Source of the DNA: Candidatus Uhrbacteria bacterium
GTDB taxonomy: Bacteria > Patescibacteriota > Patescibacteriia > UBA9934 > GWF2-40-263
DNA length: 40,375 bases
Assembly (NCBI GenBank): GCA_016235605.1
Contig: JACRJW010000078.1
Coordinates: forward strand, 1-40,375
Reading direction: 5' to 3'
Shown here: positions 1 to 8,702 of the stretch, in pieces
Position numbering within the stretch: position 1 is the first letter of the stretch
Layout: the number at the start of each line of letters is the position of its first letter
The notes under the pieces: model-generated
Seen by the model: the letters and a program-made list of their open reading frames with translations, nothing else
The model's database searches: none
What the model was told of the DNA's origin: nothing
Made by a program: the position numbers and the translations under genes

Positions 1-1
1 G

Positions 2-457
2 TTGATGCTCGCTGGCGTCCTGCTCCTGCCGGCGCTATTCGTCTCCGCGCAAGAGGGGGGACAAAACGGGCAGCAAGACCGTCCGGGCAAGCCTGGCGTC
101 CCGGTCCAGATCGTCTCGATCGCGACGGGAAGCAACGGTTCAGGGACCATCCAAGCGACCCTTGAGCGCGTCCCTGAAAAGGTTACGGAAGATTTCGGTG
201 TAGAGGAAGGAGATACACTGACGATCACCTTTACAGCTGAGACGACATTTTTTAAGGACAAAGAGGAAGCCACGATCAGCGACTTCGCCGTTGGCGATGT
301 GATTTTCGCCGCAGGTGACGTCAATCTCGAGGAGCTCACGGTTGCCGCAGACCACGTCTCGGACCGCCTGCCCAAGTTTACTCCAAAGTGCCAGCATGAG
401 GATGAGGAAGGGAATCCTGTTGATGAGCCCACCAATCAGTCAGACATTCGAGAATAG
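2..457 (+). CDS. Secreted hypothetical protein, DUF5666-like/OB-fold; may start upstream of the window
   Basis: Hydrophobic signal peptide (LLLPALFVSA|QE); segment TITFTAETTFFKDKEEATISDFAVGDVIFAAG resembles DUF5666 units; followed by a terminator. Confidence 0.6.
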   Translation: MMLAGVLLLPALFVSAQEGGQNGQQDRPGKPGVPVQIVSIATGSNGSGTIQATLERVPEKVTEDFGVEEGDTLTITFTAETTFFKDKEEATISDFAVGDVIFAAGDVNLEELTVAADHVSDRLPKFTPKCQHEDEEGNPVDEPTNQSDIRE

Positions 458-462
458 TGAGA

Positions 463-482
463 CCTGCTTGTCGGCAGGCAGG
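463..482. repeat. Short REP-like palindrome CCTGCTTG-TCGG-CAGGCAGG
   Basis: 8-bp arms with one G:U pair, intergenic, directly before the terminator hairpin. Confidence 0.6.
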
Positions 483-483
483 G

Positions 484-508
484 AGCCGGTCAAAGATGAC
501 CGGCTTTT
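484..508 (+). terminator. Intrinsic terminator
   Basis: AGCCGGTCA-AAGA-TGACCGGCT stem followed by a T-run. Confidence 0.75.
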
Positions 509-753
509 GGTTTGAATCTGTACATCTTTCCTGTACGATATTGGAGTCATAGAGGTAAAAGTGAAGAGCCAATGGCAGCGTTTGCATGTGGAATGATCTT
601 TGATGTCGCGCAGATCTTGTCTCCAACTTCCATGAGTATTCAGCAATGGCTTCTCTCCTCATCGCATCATTCGGTGCGGTTTTTATTTATCTTGTCACTA
701 TTGATCTTGTCACATTTGGAGTGCTGACTTTTTTTCGCCCCTGCGAAATTTTT

Positions 754-1281
754 TCAGCATTGTTTTTTTCCGAGATAGATCGTAACCCATTTTTGGAGCC
801 TCGCCGATATGACGAACTCCTTCACTTCCTTCAGCACGTCTCGATCTGTTTTCCACACGCTTTGCTGTTCTTGCTCGAAGCCGATATTTTTAAGAAAGTA
901 ACGGAAGGCATCTCTTCCGCTCTTCGCATCGACAGGGACATCGTAAAGGACTAGACAGACGTATCCATCCGGTAACCTGGGATGTTCTTGCATCGACTCA
1001 GTCATTAGCTCCAGCCTTCCTTGGTTGGATAACTCAACGAAAAGTCTCCTCTCGATCTTTTTGGTCTTGATGAGTTTTTTACGTTTCAGATACGCTAATC
1101 GGTTTCGATGTTCTCGACGTTCTTTCATTCTGTCTACAGCCAGCTGCTCCTCAGGATCAAGGCGGTACTGCCGCCTACTCGCCGACTGATGAAACAGTTC
1201 CATCGCCTCCGTTGTGCCATTGTCGATCATCCGCAAGAGGGATGTCATTGCTTCCTTACCTTTGGGTCGTTTCTTCTCCAT
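754..1281 (-). CDS. PaaX-like regulator with C-terminal Cas2-like ferredoxin-fold domain
   Basis: wHTH-like N-terminal part ending LSNQG, then VLYDVP...RDAFRYFLKNIGFEQEQQSVW, typical of PaaX-middle/Cas2-like domains. Confidence 0.75.
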   Translation of the reverse strand: MEKKRPKGKEAMTSLLRMIDNGTTEAMELFHQSASRRQYRLDPEEQLAVDRMKERREHRNRLAYLKRKKLIKTKKIERRLFVELSNQGRLELMTESMQEHPRLPDGYVCLVLYDVPVDAKSGRDAFRYFLKNIGFEQEQQSVWKTDRDVLKEVKEFVISARLQKWVTIYLGKKQC

Positions 1282-1561
1282 AGAGGATGTTGACTTTTTT
1301 TCGCAGGTGCGAAAATTTGTCAGTATTGACTCGGTTTAGTTTTGGGGAATGTATAAGATCTGAGCCAATGCAACTTTGGGCTAAGATTACTTTCATGTTG
1401 GTCAATGCAGCGAGCATTGATTTCAAATCAAAATCCCCCGAACACAAAAGCATGTGATTGGGGGAGGTTTGGAGGTTGAAATTTTTAGGGAAGTGTTTGG
1501 CTCACCTCACACATTCATAACATCATTGTTTTGACCTTCCGTCAAGGTTTGACTGGGGATA

Positions 1562-1570
1562 TGTTATACT
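1562..1570 (+). promoter_or_regulatory. Extended -10 promoter of cysS
   Basis: TG-T-TATACT ending 10 nt before ATG 1581. Confidence 0.6.
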
Positions 1571-1580
1571 CAATTTCGCT

Positions 1581-2951
1581 ATGATCCGCCTCTACAACAC
1601 CCTCACGCGACAAAAGGAGGAATTCAAACCGATCCATGAAGGCAAAGTCAGCTTGTACGCCTGTGGGCCGACGGTGTATTGGTTCGCGCACATTGGTAAC
1701 GTGCGACGTTATGTTTTTGATGACATTCTTCGTCGTGTTTTGGAATTTAATGGCCTTGAAGTGAAGCACGTCATGAACATCACCGACGTCGGTCATCTGA
1801 CAGGTGACATGGACGAAGGTGAGGACAAGATGATCGTCGCGATGCGTCGGGAAGGAAAGACCGCTCACGAGATCGCGAAGTTTTATACGGACGCATTTTT
1901 GCAGGACGTCGACCGACTGAATATTCGCAGGGCGAATATCTATCCCAAAGCCACTGACCATATTCCTGAGCAGATCGAGATGATCAAGCATTTGGAGAAG
2001 AACGGATATGCGTATCGAACTTCTGATGGGATCTATTTTGATACATCAAAGTTGGAGAATTACGGACGGTTGTCTCAACAACGCTCGGAAGAAAAAAAAG
2101 CGGGAGCTCGAGTCGAGATGGGAGAGAAACGTCACGCGACGGATTTTGCGCTCTGGAGATTTTCTGGTATGGGAAGTATTCGAGAAATGGAGTGGGAATC
2201 ACCCTGGGGAGTTGGTTTTCCTGGCTGGCACATTGAGTGCTCGGCTATGTCGATGAAATATCTCGACGTCCCCTTTGATATCCACACCGGCGGCGTCGAT
2301 CACATTGCCGTGCATCATGAAAACGAAATCGCTCAGACGCAAGGAGCCGAAGGCATTCTGGAAGCCAACTTCTGGATGCATAGCGAGTTTCTCACGGTGG
2401 ACAACGGCAAGATGAGCAAGTCGCTCGGAAACCTCTACACGATCGATGATCTGATCGCAAAGGGTTACGATCCGCTCGCGTATCGTTATTTCGTTTTGTC
2501 TGCGCATTATCGTTCCAAGATCAACTTCACCTTTGAGGCGCTCGACGCCGCGCAAAACGCTCTCACGAAACTTCGCGAAACGGTCCGTGATTGGGACGAA
2601 CCAGATGTCGGTTGTGCAGAGCTCGAGGAAAAATTTCTTGCGGCGATGAATGATGACCTTGGTACGCCCCAAGCTCTTGCGATTGTCTGGGAACTTGTGA
2701 ATGCGGATCTTCCCACCGGTGCCAAGGCTGAATCGATTCTGCGCATGGATCAAGTTCTGGGATTACGACTCAAAGAATACGTCGCTCACAGGGTGCAGGT
2801 TCCTTCTGTGGTGCAAGATCTTGTTGAACAACGAGAAGAGGCGCGAAACGCTAAGGACTGGAAGCGATCAGATGAATTGCGTAAACAGATCGAGATTCTT
2901 GGTTTCCTTGTTGAGGATACTCCAGGCGGTTCTCACATCAAAAAGTTCTAA
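1581..2951 (+). CDS. cysS: Cysteine--tRNA ligase
   Basis: [42 protein letters not shown] motifs. Confidence 0.98.
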   Translation: MIRLYNTLTRQKEEFKPIHEGKVSLYACGPTVYWFAHIGNVRRYVFDDILRRVLEFNGLEVKHVMNITDVGHLTGDMDEGEDKMIVAMRREGKTAHEIAKFYTDAFLQDVDRLNIRRANIYPKATDHIPEQIEMIKHLEKNGYAYRTSDGIYFDTSKLENYGRLSQQRSEEKKAGARVEMGEKRHATDFALWRFSGMGSIREMEWESPWGVGFPGWHIECSAMSMKYLDVPFDIHTGGVDHIAVHHENEIAQTQGAEGILEANFWMHSEFLTVDNGKMSKSLGNLYTIDDLIAKGYDPLAYRYFVLSAHYRSKINFTFEALDAAQNALTKLRETVRDWDEPDVGCAELEEKFLAAMNDDLGTPQALAIVWELVNADLPTGAKAESILRMDQVLGLRLKEYVAHRVQVPSVVQDLVEQREEARNAKDWKRSDELRKQIEILGFLVEDTPGGSHIKKF

Positions 2952-3005
2952 AGATCGTGGGGATAACCCGCGGTTTTTTCTTTTTGTGGTAAAATAGAAA
3001 CGATT

Positions 3006-3530
3006 ATGGGTGATGGTAGAGAAAAAGATTTGCCAGTGGTAAAGCCGGTTGAAACGCCGGTTGTGGTTGACGCTGTTCGCGAGAGCGCTCCAGAGATGCT
3101 GGAGGGAAGTGAGACAGGAGAATCGCCAAAAGAAGCCGTGATGATGAAGGAGCCAAGGACAAGGGAGACGGCTGCGAGCGCGCCTGCGCCGGTTGTCTCA
3201 ATGCCTGTGCGCATCGTCCCCAAAGCCGGAGATCGCCTGACAAAAGAAATTGAAGACATTCTCTCCGAGGATCTCACAGACCTGTATCTTGCGATGCCTC
3301 CTGAGAAGCAGCAGCAATTCAAAACCAAAGGAGAGGAGACAACCTCAAAGGTTCGTGAGTTGGTGCGTGCGGCCAAGGTGAACGCGAAGAAAATTTTTCA
3401 ACTCATCCGTGACTGGCTGAAGGTCATTCCAGCTGTGAACCGATTTTTTCTCGAGCAAGAGGCAAAAATCAAGACCGATAAAATTTTGCTCGTGAGTGAG
3501 GAGGAGAAAAAACGAAACGAAACGATGTGA
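3006..3530 (+). CDS. Conserved hypothetical protein (low-complexity N-terminus, helical C-terminal domain)
   Basis: TGGTAAAAT extended -10 upstream; C-terminal WLKVIPAVNRFFLEQEAKIKTDKIL; stop overlaps next start. Confidence 0.8.
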   Translation: MGDGREKDLPVVKPVETPVVVDAVRESAPEMLEGSETGESPKEAVMMKEPRTRETAASAPAPVVSMPVRIVPKAGDRLTKEIEDILSEDLTDLYLAMPPEKQQQFKTKGEETTSKVRELVRAAKVNAKKIFQLIRDWLKVIPAVNRFFLEQEAKIKTDKILLVSEEEKKRNETM

Positions 3531-6076
3531 TGAGTCTACTTCAATCTGGTTTGCAGACAAGCGCACAACCTGCACGAGCGGTCACACAGGGGGATCTTTA
3601 TGTTTCTGGGCTGATCGTATGGTCCCTGTTGGGCCTGTTCGTCCTGATCGGTTCTTTGTTTCTTGTGAGGATGTTGTTACGTCGATACGCGCGGGCCAAA
3701 CAAGCCACGTTCAATCGAGTGACGCTTCTGGTGACGCTCCCAAAGTTTCGACGCGAAGAAGAAAGTGAACGGGGAGGGACAAAAGAACAAATCAAGGAAG
3801 AGATCGCCGCCGCTGAAATTTTTTTCTCTGCGGTGGGTGGGCTCAGGGCCCAGCATGGCTTCCACGCCTGGCTGTTTGGACGCAGTGATGAAATCGCGTT
3901 TGAGATCGTCTCCCACAACAAACGCATCAGATTTTACGTCTCGGTCCCTGTGGCGATGCGCCAGATGGTTGAACAACAATTGTCCGCTGCGTATCCAGAT
4001 GTCTACCTGGAAGAAGTCGAAGATTACAATATCTTCCAACCCACAGGCGTGATGGTCGGCAGTCATCTCGTGTTCCGTCGGCAAAGCGCGTTTCCCATCA
4101 AAACCTACACGACTCTTGAAAAAGATCCGCTCAATGCGATCACGAACATCCTCTCAAAACTTCCAGAGGAGGACGGGGCGGCGTTTCAATTTTTGGTGCG
4201 ATCTTCGTATGCCAGATGGCGCAAGCCCGGTATCAAGATCGCCAGCGACATGCAACAAGGAATGAAACTTGATGAGGCGATCAAAGGCAAAAAAGCAAAA
4301 AAAATAGATTTCCTGGAACTGGCAGGGTTCGGGGGCGATAAACCAAAGGAACCGGAAAAAGAATATCGTTTGTCACCGTTGGAGGATCAGATCGTGAAAG
4401 GCTTGCAAGAGAAGGCTAGCAAGGCGGGCATGGACGTGTGCATCCGTCTGGTGAGCGCTTCCAAAACCGCCGAGGCCGCACAATCTCTCATGCAAAATAT
4501 GCTGAACGCCTTTGCGCAGTTCAACATCTATGAGTACGGCAATTCGTTCGTAAAAGTGATCCCAAGGCGCAAAAAACGGATCATCCAAGATTTTATTTAT
4601 CGGACGTTTGATGAACGCAATACCGTTGTCGTGAATGCCGAGGAGATGGCGAGCCTGTGGCACTTGCCGCTCCCTTGGACGGATACGCCCAACATCCAGT
4701 GGCTCATCGCGCGCAAAGGCCCTGCGCCTGCCAACGTTCCAGGGCCTGAGGATGGCGATATCGAATTGGGCTACAACATGTTCCGTGGGATCAAGACGCC
4801 CGTGTGGATGAAAGCGCTCGATCGTACCCGACACATGTACATCATCGGCAAGTCCGGTTCTGGTAAGTCCCAGTTGATTGCCAGTCTTGCCTTGCAAGAT
4901 ATCCGCGCAGGTCACGGGGTCGCCGTCGTGGAGCCGCACGGCGATCTCATTGAACAGATCCTAGCGAACATTCCCAAAGAGCGTGTGGATGACGTGATCG
5001 TGTTCAATCCCTCCGACGTCGATCGCCCGATGGGTCTCAATATGCTGGAGGCTAAGGACGAAAGCATGAAGGATTTTGCGGCGCAGGAAATGGTGGCGAT
5101 TTTTTACAAGCTGTTTCCGCCTGAGATGATCGGCCCCATGTTTGAGCACCACATGCGAAACGTGATGCTAACCTTAATGGCCGACACAGAAAATCCAGGA
5201 ACGATCGCTGAGATTCCACGAATGTTTTCTGATGTTGATTTTCAACAAAAGTGGCGCGCAAAAGTCACCGATCCCGTGATTCAGTCCTACTGGGTGAACG
5301 AGGTGGACAAGACGTCTGACTTCCACAAGTCGGAAATGCTCGGCTACTTGATCTCCAAAGTTGGACGCTTTGTGGAAAATGAAATGATGCGGAACATCAT
5401 CGGCCAGACGCGATCGAGTTTTGATTTCCGCGACGTCATGGACAAGAAGAAAATTTTGCTCGTGAACCTCTCAAAAGGAAAAACCGGGGACGTGAACGCC
5501 GAGCTCTTGGGTCTCATCATCGTGTCCAAGCTGCAGATGGCGGCTCTCACACGCGCCGATATCCCCGAAGACCAGCGCCACGACTTTTATCTCTACATCG
5601 ATGAGTTCCAAAACTTCATCACGGATTCGATCGCCACGATTTTGTCCGAGGCGCGTAAGTATCGTCTGAACCTCATCATCGCCCACCAGTACATCGGCCA
5701 GCTCGTGAAAAATAACGACACGAAAATCCGCGATGCCGTGTTTGGCAACGTGGGAACAAACTTTGTCGCGCGCATTGGGCCTGAGGACGTAGAGACGCTC
5801 GAGAAACTCTACGCGCCGGAGTTTTCTGGGTATGATATGATCAACTCCGATAAGTTTACGTGGTATGTGAAGATGATCGTCGATAATGCCCAGATCAAAC
5901 CCTTTACGCTCAACTTCAAGCCGCCGCCAAAAGGAGATGTTGAGCTCGCGACCGCGATCAAAGAACTTTCGCGTCTCAAGTATGGACGGGATCGGGCGAT
6001 TGTCACGGCCGACCTTGCTGAGAGGATGCAGATGGTGAACCTGGGGCCGGTCACCACGAAACCTGGAGAATTTTAA
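3530..6076 (+). CDS. Membrane-anchored VirD4/TraD/HerA-like (DUF87) P-loop ATPase
   Basis: N-terminal TM helix; RHMYIIGKSGSGKS Walker A; LYIDEFQNF Walker B; EARKY; AHQ; GNVGT motifs. Confidence 0.9.
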   Translation: MSLLQSGLQTSAQPARAVTQGDLYVSGLIVWSLLGLFVLIGSLFLVRMLLRRYARAKQATFNRVTLLVTLPKFRREEESERGGTKEQIKEEIAAAEIFFSAVGGLRAQHGFHAWLFGRSDEIAFEIVSHNKRIRFYVSVPVAMRQMVEQQLSAAYPDVYLEEVEDYNIFQPTGVMVGSHLVFRRQSAFPIKTYTTLEKDPLNAITNILSKLPEEDGAAFQFLVRSSYARWRKPGIKIASDMQQGMKLDEAIKGKKAKKIDFLELAGFGGDKPKEPEKEYRLSPLEDQIVKGLQEKASKAGMDVCIRLVSASKTAEAAQSLMQNMLNAFAQFNIYEYGNSFVKVIPRRKKRIIQDFIYRTFDERNTVVVNAEEMASLWHLPLPWTDTPNIQWLIARKGPAPANVPGPEDGDIELGYNMFRGIKTPVWMKALDRTRHMYIIGKSGSGKSQLIASLALQDIRAGHGVAVVEPHGDLIEQILANIPKERVDDVIVFNPSDVDRPMGLNMLEAKDESMKDFAAQEMVAIFYKLFPPEMIGPMFEHHMRNVMLTLMADTENPGTIAEIPRMFSDVDFQQKWRAKVTDPVIQSYWVNEVDKTSDFHKSEMLGYLISKVGRFVENEMMRNIIGQTRSSFDFRDVMDKKKILLVNLSKGKTGDVNAELLGLIIVSKLQMAALTRADIPEDQRHDFYLYIDEFQNFITDSIATILSEARKYRLNLIIAHQYIGQLVKNNDTKIRDAVFGNVGTNFVARIGPEDVETLEKLYAPEFSGYDMINSDKFTWYVKMIVDNAQIKPFTLNFKPPPKGDVELATAIKELSRLKYGRDRAIVTADLAERMQMVNLGPVTTKPGEF

Positions 6077-6078
6077 TT

Positions 6079-6699
6079 ATGGACACCTTTCTTGATGAGG
6101 AAGAAGAACTGTTTGAAGCTGAACCGGACGCTCAGCTTCATGCCAACCGTGTGGAGCATGGCGACGTGCGCGGTCGTTTGGCGTTACAAATGTTGAAACA
6201 CGTGCGCGACTCCATGAATCATATTATCCAGCTGCTCGAGGAAGGTGATACGGCGCGAGCTACGCGGCACATGGTTGATTTTGTCTCGAGCAAGAAACGC
6301 ACGGAGACAGAGCTTGAGACCACTTCAGGTTCACGTGTCCTGGAAGGCGTCTTTGACGGCATGGCCATGGTGGGAGGTGACGGCGTGCGTTACGCGGTTC
6401 CAGAGAACTATGCGTCGAAGTCCAAACTGGTGGAAGGGGACATTTTGAAGCTCACCATCAAGCCCGATGGCACCAACGTGTTCAAGCAAATCGGCCCGAT
6501 TGAACGCAGACGTTTGGTGGGTGAACTCGCGCTGGATGCATCCACCCAGGAACCGGTTGTGATGTGCGGACAGGACGTGTATAAAGTGCTTGCCGCGACG
6601 GTTTCCTATTTTAAGGGGATCCCAGGCGATGAGGTCGTGATTCTTGTTCCAAGCGGCGGACGCTGTGTCTGGGCGGCGGTGGAGAGGATCAGTCATTAG
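6079..6699 (+). CDS. Conserved hypothetical protein
   Basis: 206-aa ORF tightly packed in the operon; VLEGVFDG..M, YAVPENYASKSKLVEGDILKL motifs. Confidence 0.8.
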   Translation: MDTFLDEEEELFEAEPDAQLHANRVEHGDVRGRLALQMLKHVRDSMNHIIQLLEEGDTARATRHMVDFVSSKKRTETELETTSGSRVLEGVFDGMAMVGGDGVRYAVPENYASKSKLVEGDILKLTIKPDGTNVFKQIGPIERRRLVGELALDASTQEPVVMCGQDVYKVLAATVSYFKGIPGDEVVILVPSGGRCVWAAVERISH

Positions 6700-6700
6700 T

Positions 6701-8158
6701 ATGTCCAAGGTCATTTATCGAATCTATCGACCAACCACCTTTGGGACCGTGAGCGGGCAAAACCACGTGGTCACTACCCTTCAAAACCAATACGCTTCTG
6801 AGTCCCTGGCTCATGCGTATCTGTTTACGGGTCCGCGCGGGGTTGGCAAAACGACGGTTGCACGGCTCTTGGCGAAGCTCGTGAATTGTTTGGACCCCAA
6901 AAAAAATGAACCGTGCAATACCTGTACGGCTTGCGTGGCGGTGAGCTCAGGAACGGCTCTGGATATGTTTGAGATCGACGCGGCTTCCCACACGGATGTC
7001 GAGCATGTGCGAGAGACGATCATTCAATCCGTGCGGTTTGCCCCAAGCTTGCTCAAAAAGAAAGTGTATATTATCGATGAGGTGCACATGCTCTCGGGAA
7101 GTGCGTTCAACGCGCTGTTGAAGACGCTCGAGGAACCGCCTGAGCACGTCCTTTTTATTTTGGCGACGACGGAGATCCACAAAGTTCCAGAGACTGTTAT
7201 CAGCCGTTGCCAGCGGTTTGATTTTCGAAAAATTTCGCCGGAGGGACTTGTGGGCCGCATGCAGGGGATTGTGAAGGAGGAAGGCGTACAGGTTGATCTG
7301 GACGTCCTTCAGGCCATCGCCAGGCACAGTGGCGGCTGTGCGCGTGACGCTGAAAGTTTGCTCGGCCAAGTCCTGGCGCTTGGTGAAAAGCGGGTCAGCA
7401 TGAAGGAAGCCTCGCTCGTTTTACCGGCAACGTCGTTGGTGTTGGTGGAAGAATTTGTTGGCGCCCTCTGCACCTCCGACGCACAGAGCGCCATCACCCT
7501 GTTGAACACCTATCTTGATCAAGGTGTCGATCTCCATCAGTTTCTTGCTGACACGACTTCCTGGCTCCGTGATCGGCTTCTTGCATCTGTGTCCCAGAAA
7601 GAATTTCAGTTTGCTCCAGCCTTTCTTGGCAAGACGATTGAGGAACTGTTGAGTGCTGAACGTCTGATCCGCTCTGAACACATTCCACAGTTACCTGTGG
7701 AGCTTGCGATTATCAGGATCTGTACAGGAAGAGATGAAGTGCCAAAAAATTTTAAGAAGCAGGAGGTTGATTCGACGTGTCCTCACGTCGAGAGGGCCTC
7801 TCCTTCTCAGGATGACACGACGGTCACGGTCTTTGATACGATCCCTGTGATTAGCCTCGACGAGGTCAAAGAAAAATGGCCGCAGGTGTACGAGCAGATC
7901 AAGTCGTGCAGCGCGTCACTCCCGCTGTTCATGAATTCATGTGAGCTTCGATCCGTTGCCGGGAACCGTGTCGAGATCGGTTTTGAGCACGACCTGTATG
8001 TCCAGACGGTGAACCAAGAAAAGAATCGTCGAACGATTGAAGATGTTTTTGAGAAAGTCTTGGGGAAACGGCTGAGCGTGAAAGCGATCCAGGCCAAGCG
8101 ACCTGAAGAAGCCGCCGTCCAAGAGCTTCTGGCAGAATTCGGTGGGAACGTTATCTAG
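6701..8158 (+). CDS. dnaX: DNA polymerase III subunit gamma/tau
   Basis: YRIYRP, HAYLFTGPRGVGKTT, Zn-binding Cys cluster, EIDAAS, IIDEVHML, NALLKTLEEPP, SRC; start moved to ATG 6701. Confidence 0.97.
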   Translation: MSKVIYRIYRPTTFGTVSGQNHVVTTLQNQYASESLAHAYLFTGPRGVGKTTVARLLAKLVNCLDPKKNEPCNTCTACVAVSSGTALDMFEIDAASHTDVEHVRETIIQSVRFAPSLLKKKVYIIDEVHMLSGSAFNALLKTLEEPPEHVLFILATTEIHKVPETVISRCQRFDFRKISPEGLVGRMQGIVKEEGVQVDLDVLQAIARHSGGCARDAESLLGQVLALGEKRVSMKEASLVLPATSLVLVEEFVGALCTSDAQSAITLLNTYLDQGVDLHQFLADTTSWLRDRLLASVSQKEFQFAPAFLGKTIEELLSAERLIRSEHIPQLPVELAIIRICTGRDEVPKNFKKQEVDSTCPHVERASPSQDDTTVTVFDTIPVISLDEVKEKWPQVYEQIKSCSASLPLFMNSCELRSVAGNRVEIGFEHDLYVQTVNQEKNRRTIEDVFEKVLGKRLSVKAIQAKRPEEAAVQELLAEFGGNVI

Positions 8159-8164
8159 GGAAAA

Positions 8165-8198
8165 GAAAAAACGATCGTCCAGTGACGGTCGTTTTTTC
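8165..8198. terminator. Bidirectional intrinsic terminator between dnaX and tRNA-Gln
   Basis: GAAAAAACGATCGTC-CAGT-GACGGTCGTTTTTTC. Confidence 0.8.
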
Positions 8199-8272
8199 TG
8201 GTTCCCGAGCAGGGATTCGAACCCCGATTGACTGGTTCAGAGCCAGCTGTCCTGCCTTTAGACGACTCGGGA
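8199..8272 (-). tRNA. tRNA-Gln (anticodon CTG)
   Basis: Minus strand TCCCGAG...GCTGG-CTCTGAA-CCAGT...GGTTCGAATCC...CTCGGGA-A-CCA; U1-A72 pair; CCA encoded. Confidence 0.95.
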
Positions 8273-8287
8273 GTGATAAGCGGCGAA

Positions 8288-8338
8288 ATTATATCGAGTT
8301 CAAGCGCTATTGACAAGGAGGGCTTATTCTGGTATTCT
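8288..8338. promoter_or_regulatory. Overlapping divergent sigma70 promoters (tRNA-Gln and zinc-finger gene)
   Basis: Plus strand TTGACA(8310)-17-TATTCT(8333); minus strand TTGTCA(8316)-17-TATAAT(8293). Confidence 0.75.
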
Positions 8339-8395
8339 CCTTCCACTCGCAATGCACACGGCTACGCGAGTTCTCCCTCAACCACGGGGAAACCA

Positions 8396-8587
8396 ATGCA
8401 GAATTGCCCGGATCCGCACTGCCACTTCAAGACCAACAAACCCGGAGGGATGGACTCTCACCTGAAGACGAACCCGCACCATCAGGCGGGCGCGAAGTTC
8501 CGGGAGTTCAAGGGACACAACGCCAACCAGAACAAGAAGTCGCCCAAGAACGGCGGCAAGGGTGGCGAGGGGGCACGCGCCAAGTAG
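8396..8587 (+). CDS. 63-aa C2H2 zinc-finger-like basic small protein
   Basis: C-x4-C-x12-H-x5-H (CPDPHCHFKTNKPGGMDSHLKTNPHH); own promoter, GGGGA SD, strongly C/G-ending codons, downstream terminator. Confidence 0.75.
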   Translation: MQNCPDPHCHFKTNKPGGMDSHLKTNPHHQAGAKFREFKGHNANQNKKSPKNGGKGGEGARAK

Positions 8588-8657
8588 CTCGTCAGCTCAG
8601 GACGACTCGGTCGAGCTCAGCTCGACGAGGGATGAGTCAGACATCCTCTCCTGCTCG

Positions 8658-8702
8658 CCCGCCCAAGCTTTTGGGGAAAAAGCAAGGGCGGGTTTTATTT
8701 TT
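8658..8702 (+). terminator. Intrinsic terminator
   Basis: CCCGCCC...GCTTTT-GGGGA-AAAAGC...GGGCGGG followed by TTTTATTTTT. Confidence 0.7.

Noticed and set aside
512-954. Small plus-strand ORFs (512-727, 646-954) with a hydrophobic segment
   Set aside because: No recognisable motif; the longer ORF runs antisense into the PaaX-like gene. A decayed small membrane-protein gene is possible but cannot be supported
754-1580. CRISPR-Cas locus suggested by the Cas2-like domain
   Set aside because: No repeat-spacer array and no cas1 or other cas genes in the window
3530-6076. Conjugative element or ICE
   Set aside because: Only the ATPase is present, embedded among housekeeping genes, with no relaxase, mating-pair genes or att sites
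8228-8395. N-terminal half of the 119-aa ORF 8228-8587
   Set aside because: Overlaps tRNA-Gln and the promoter; the real start is ATG 8396
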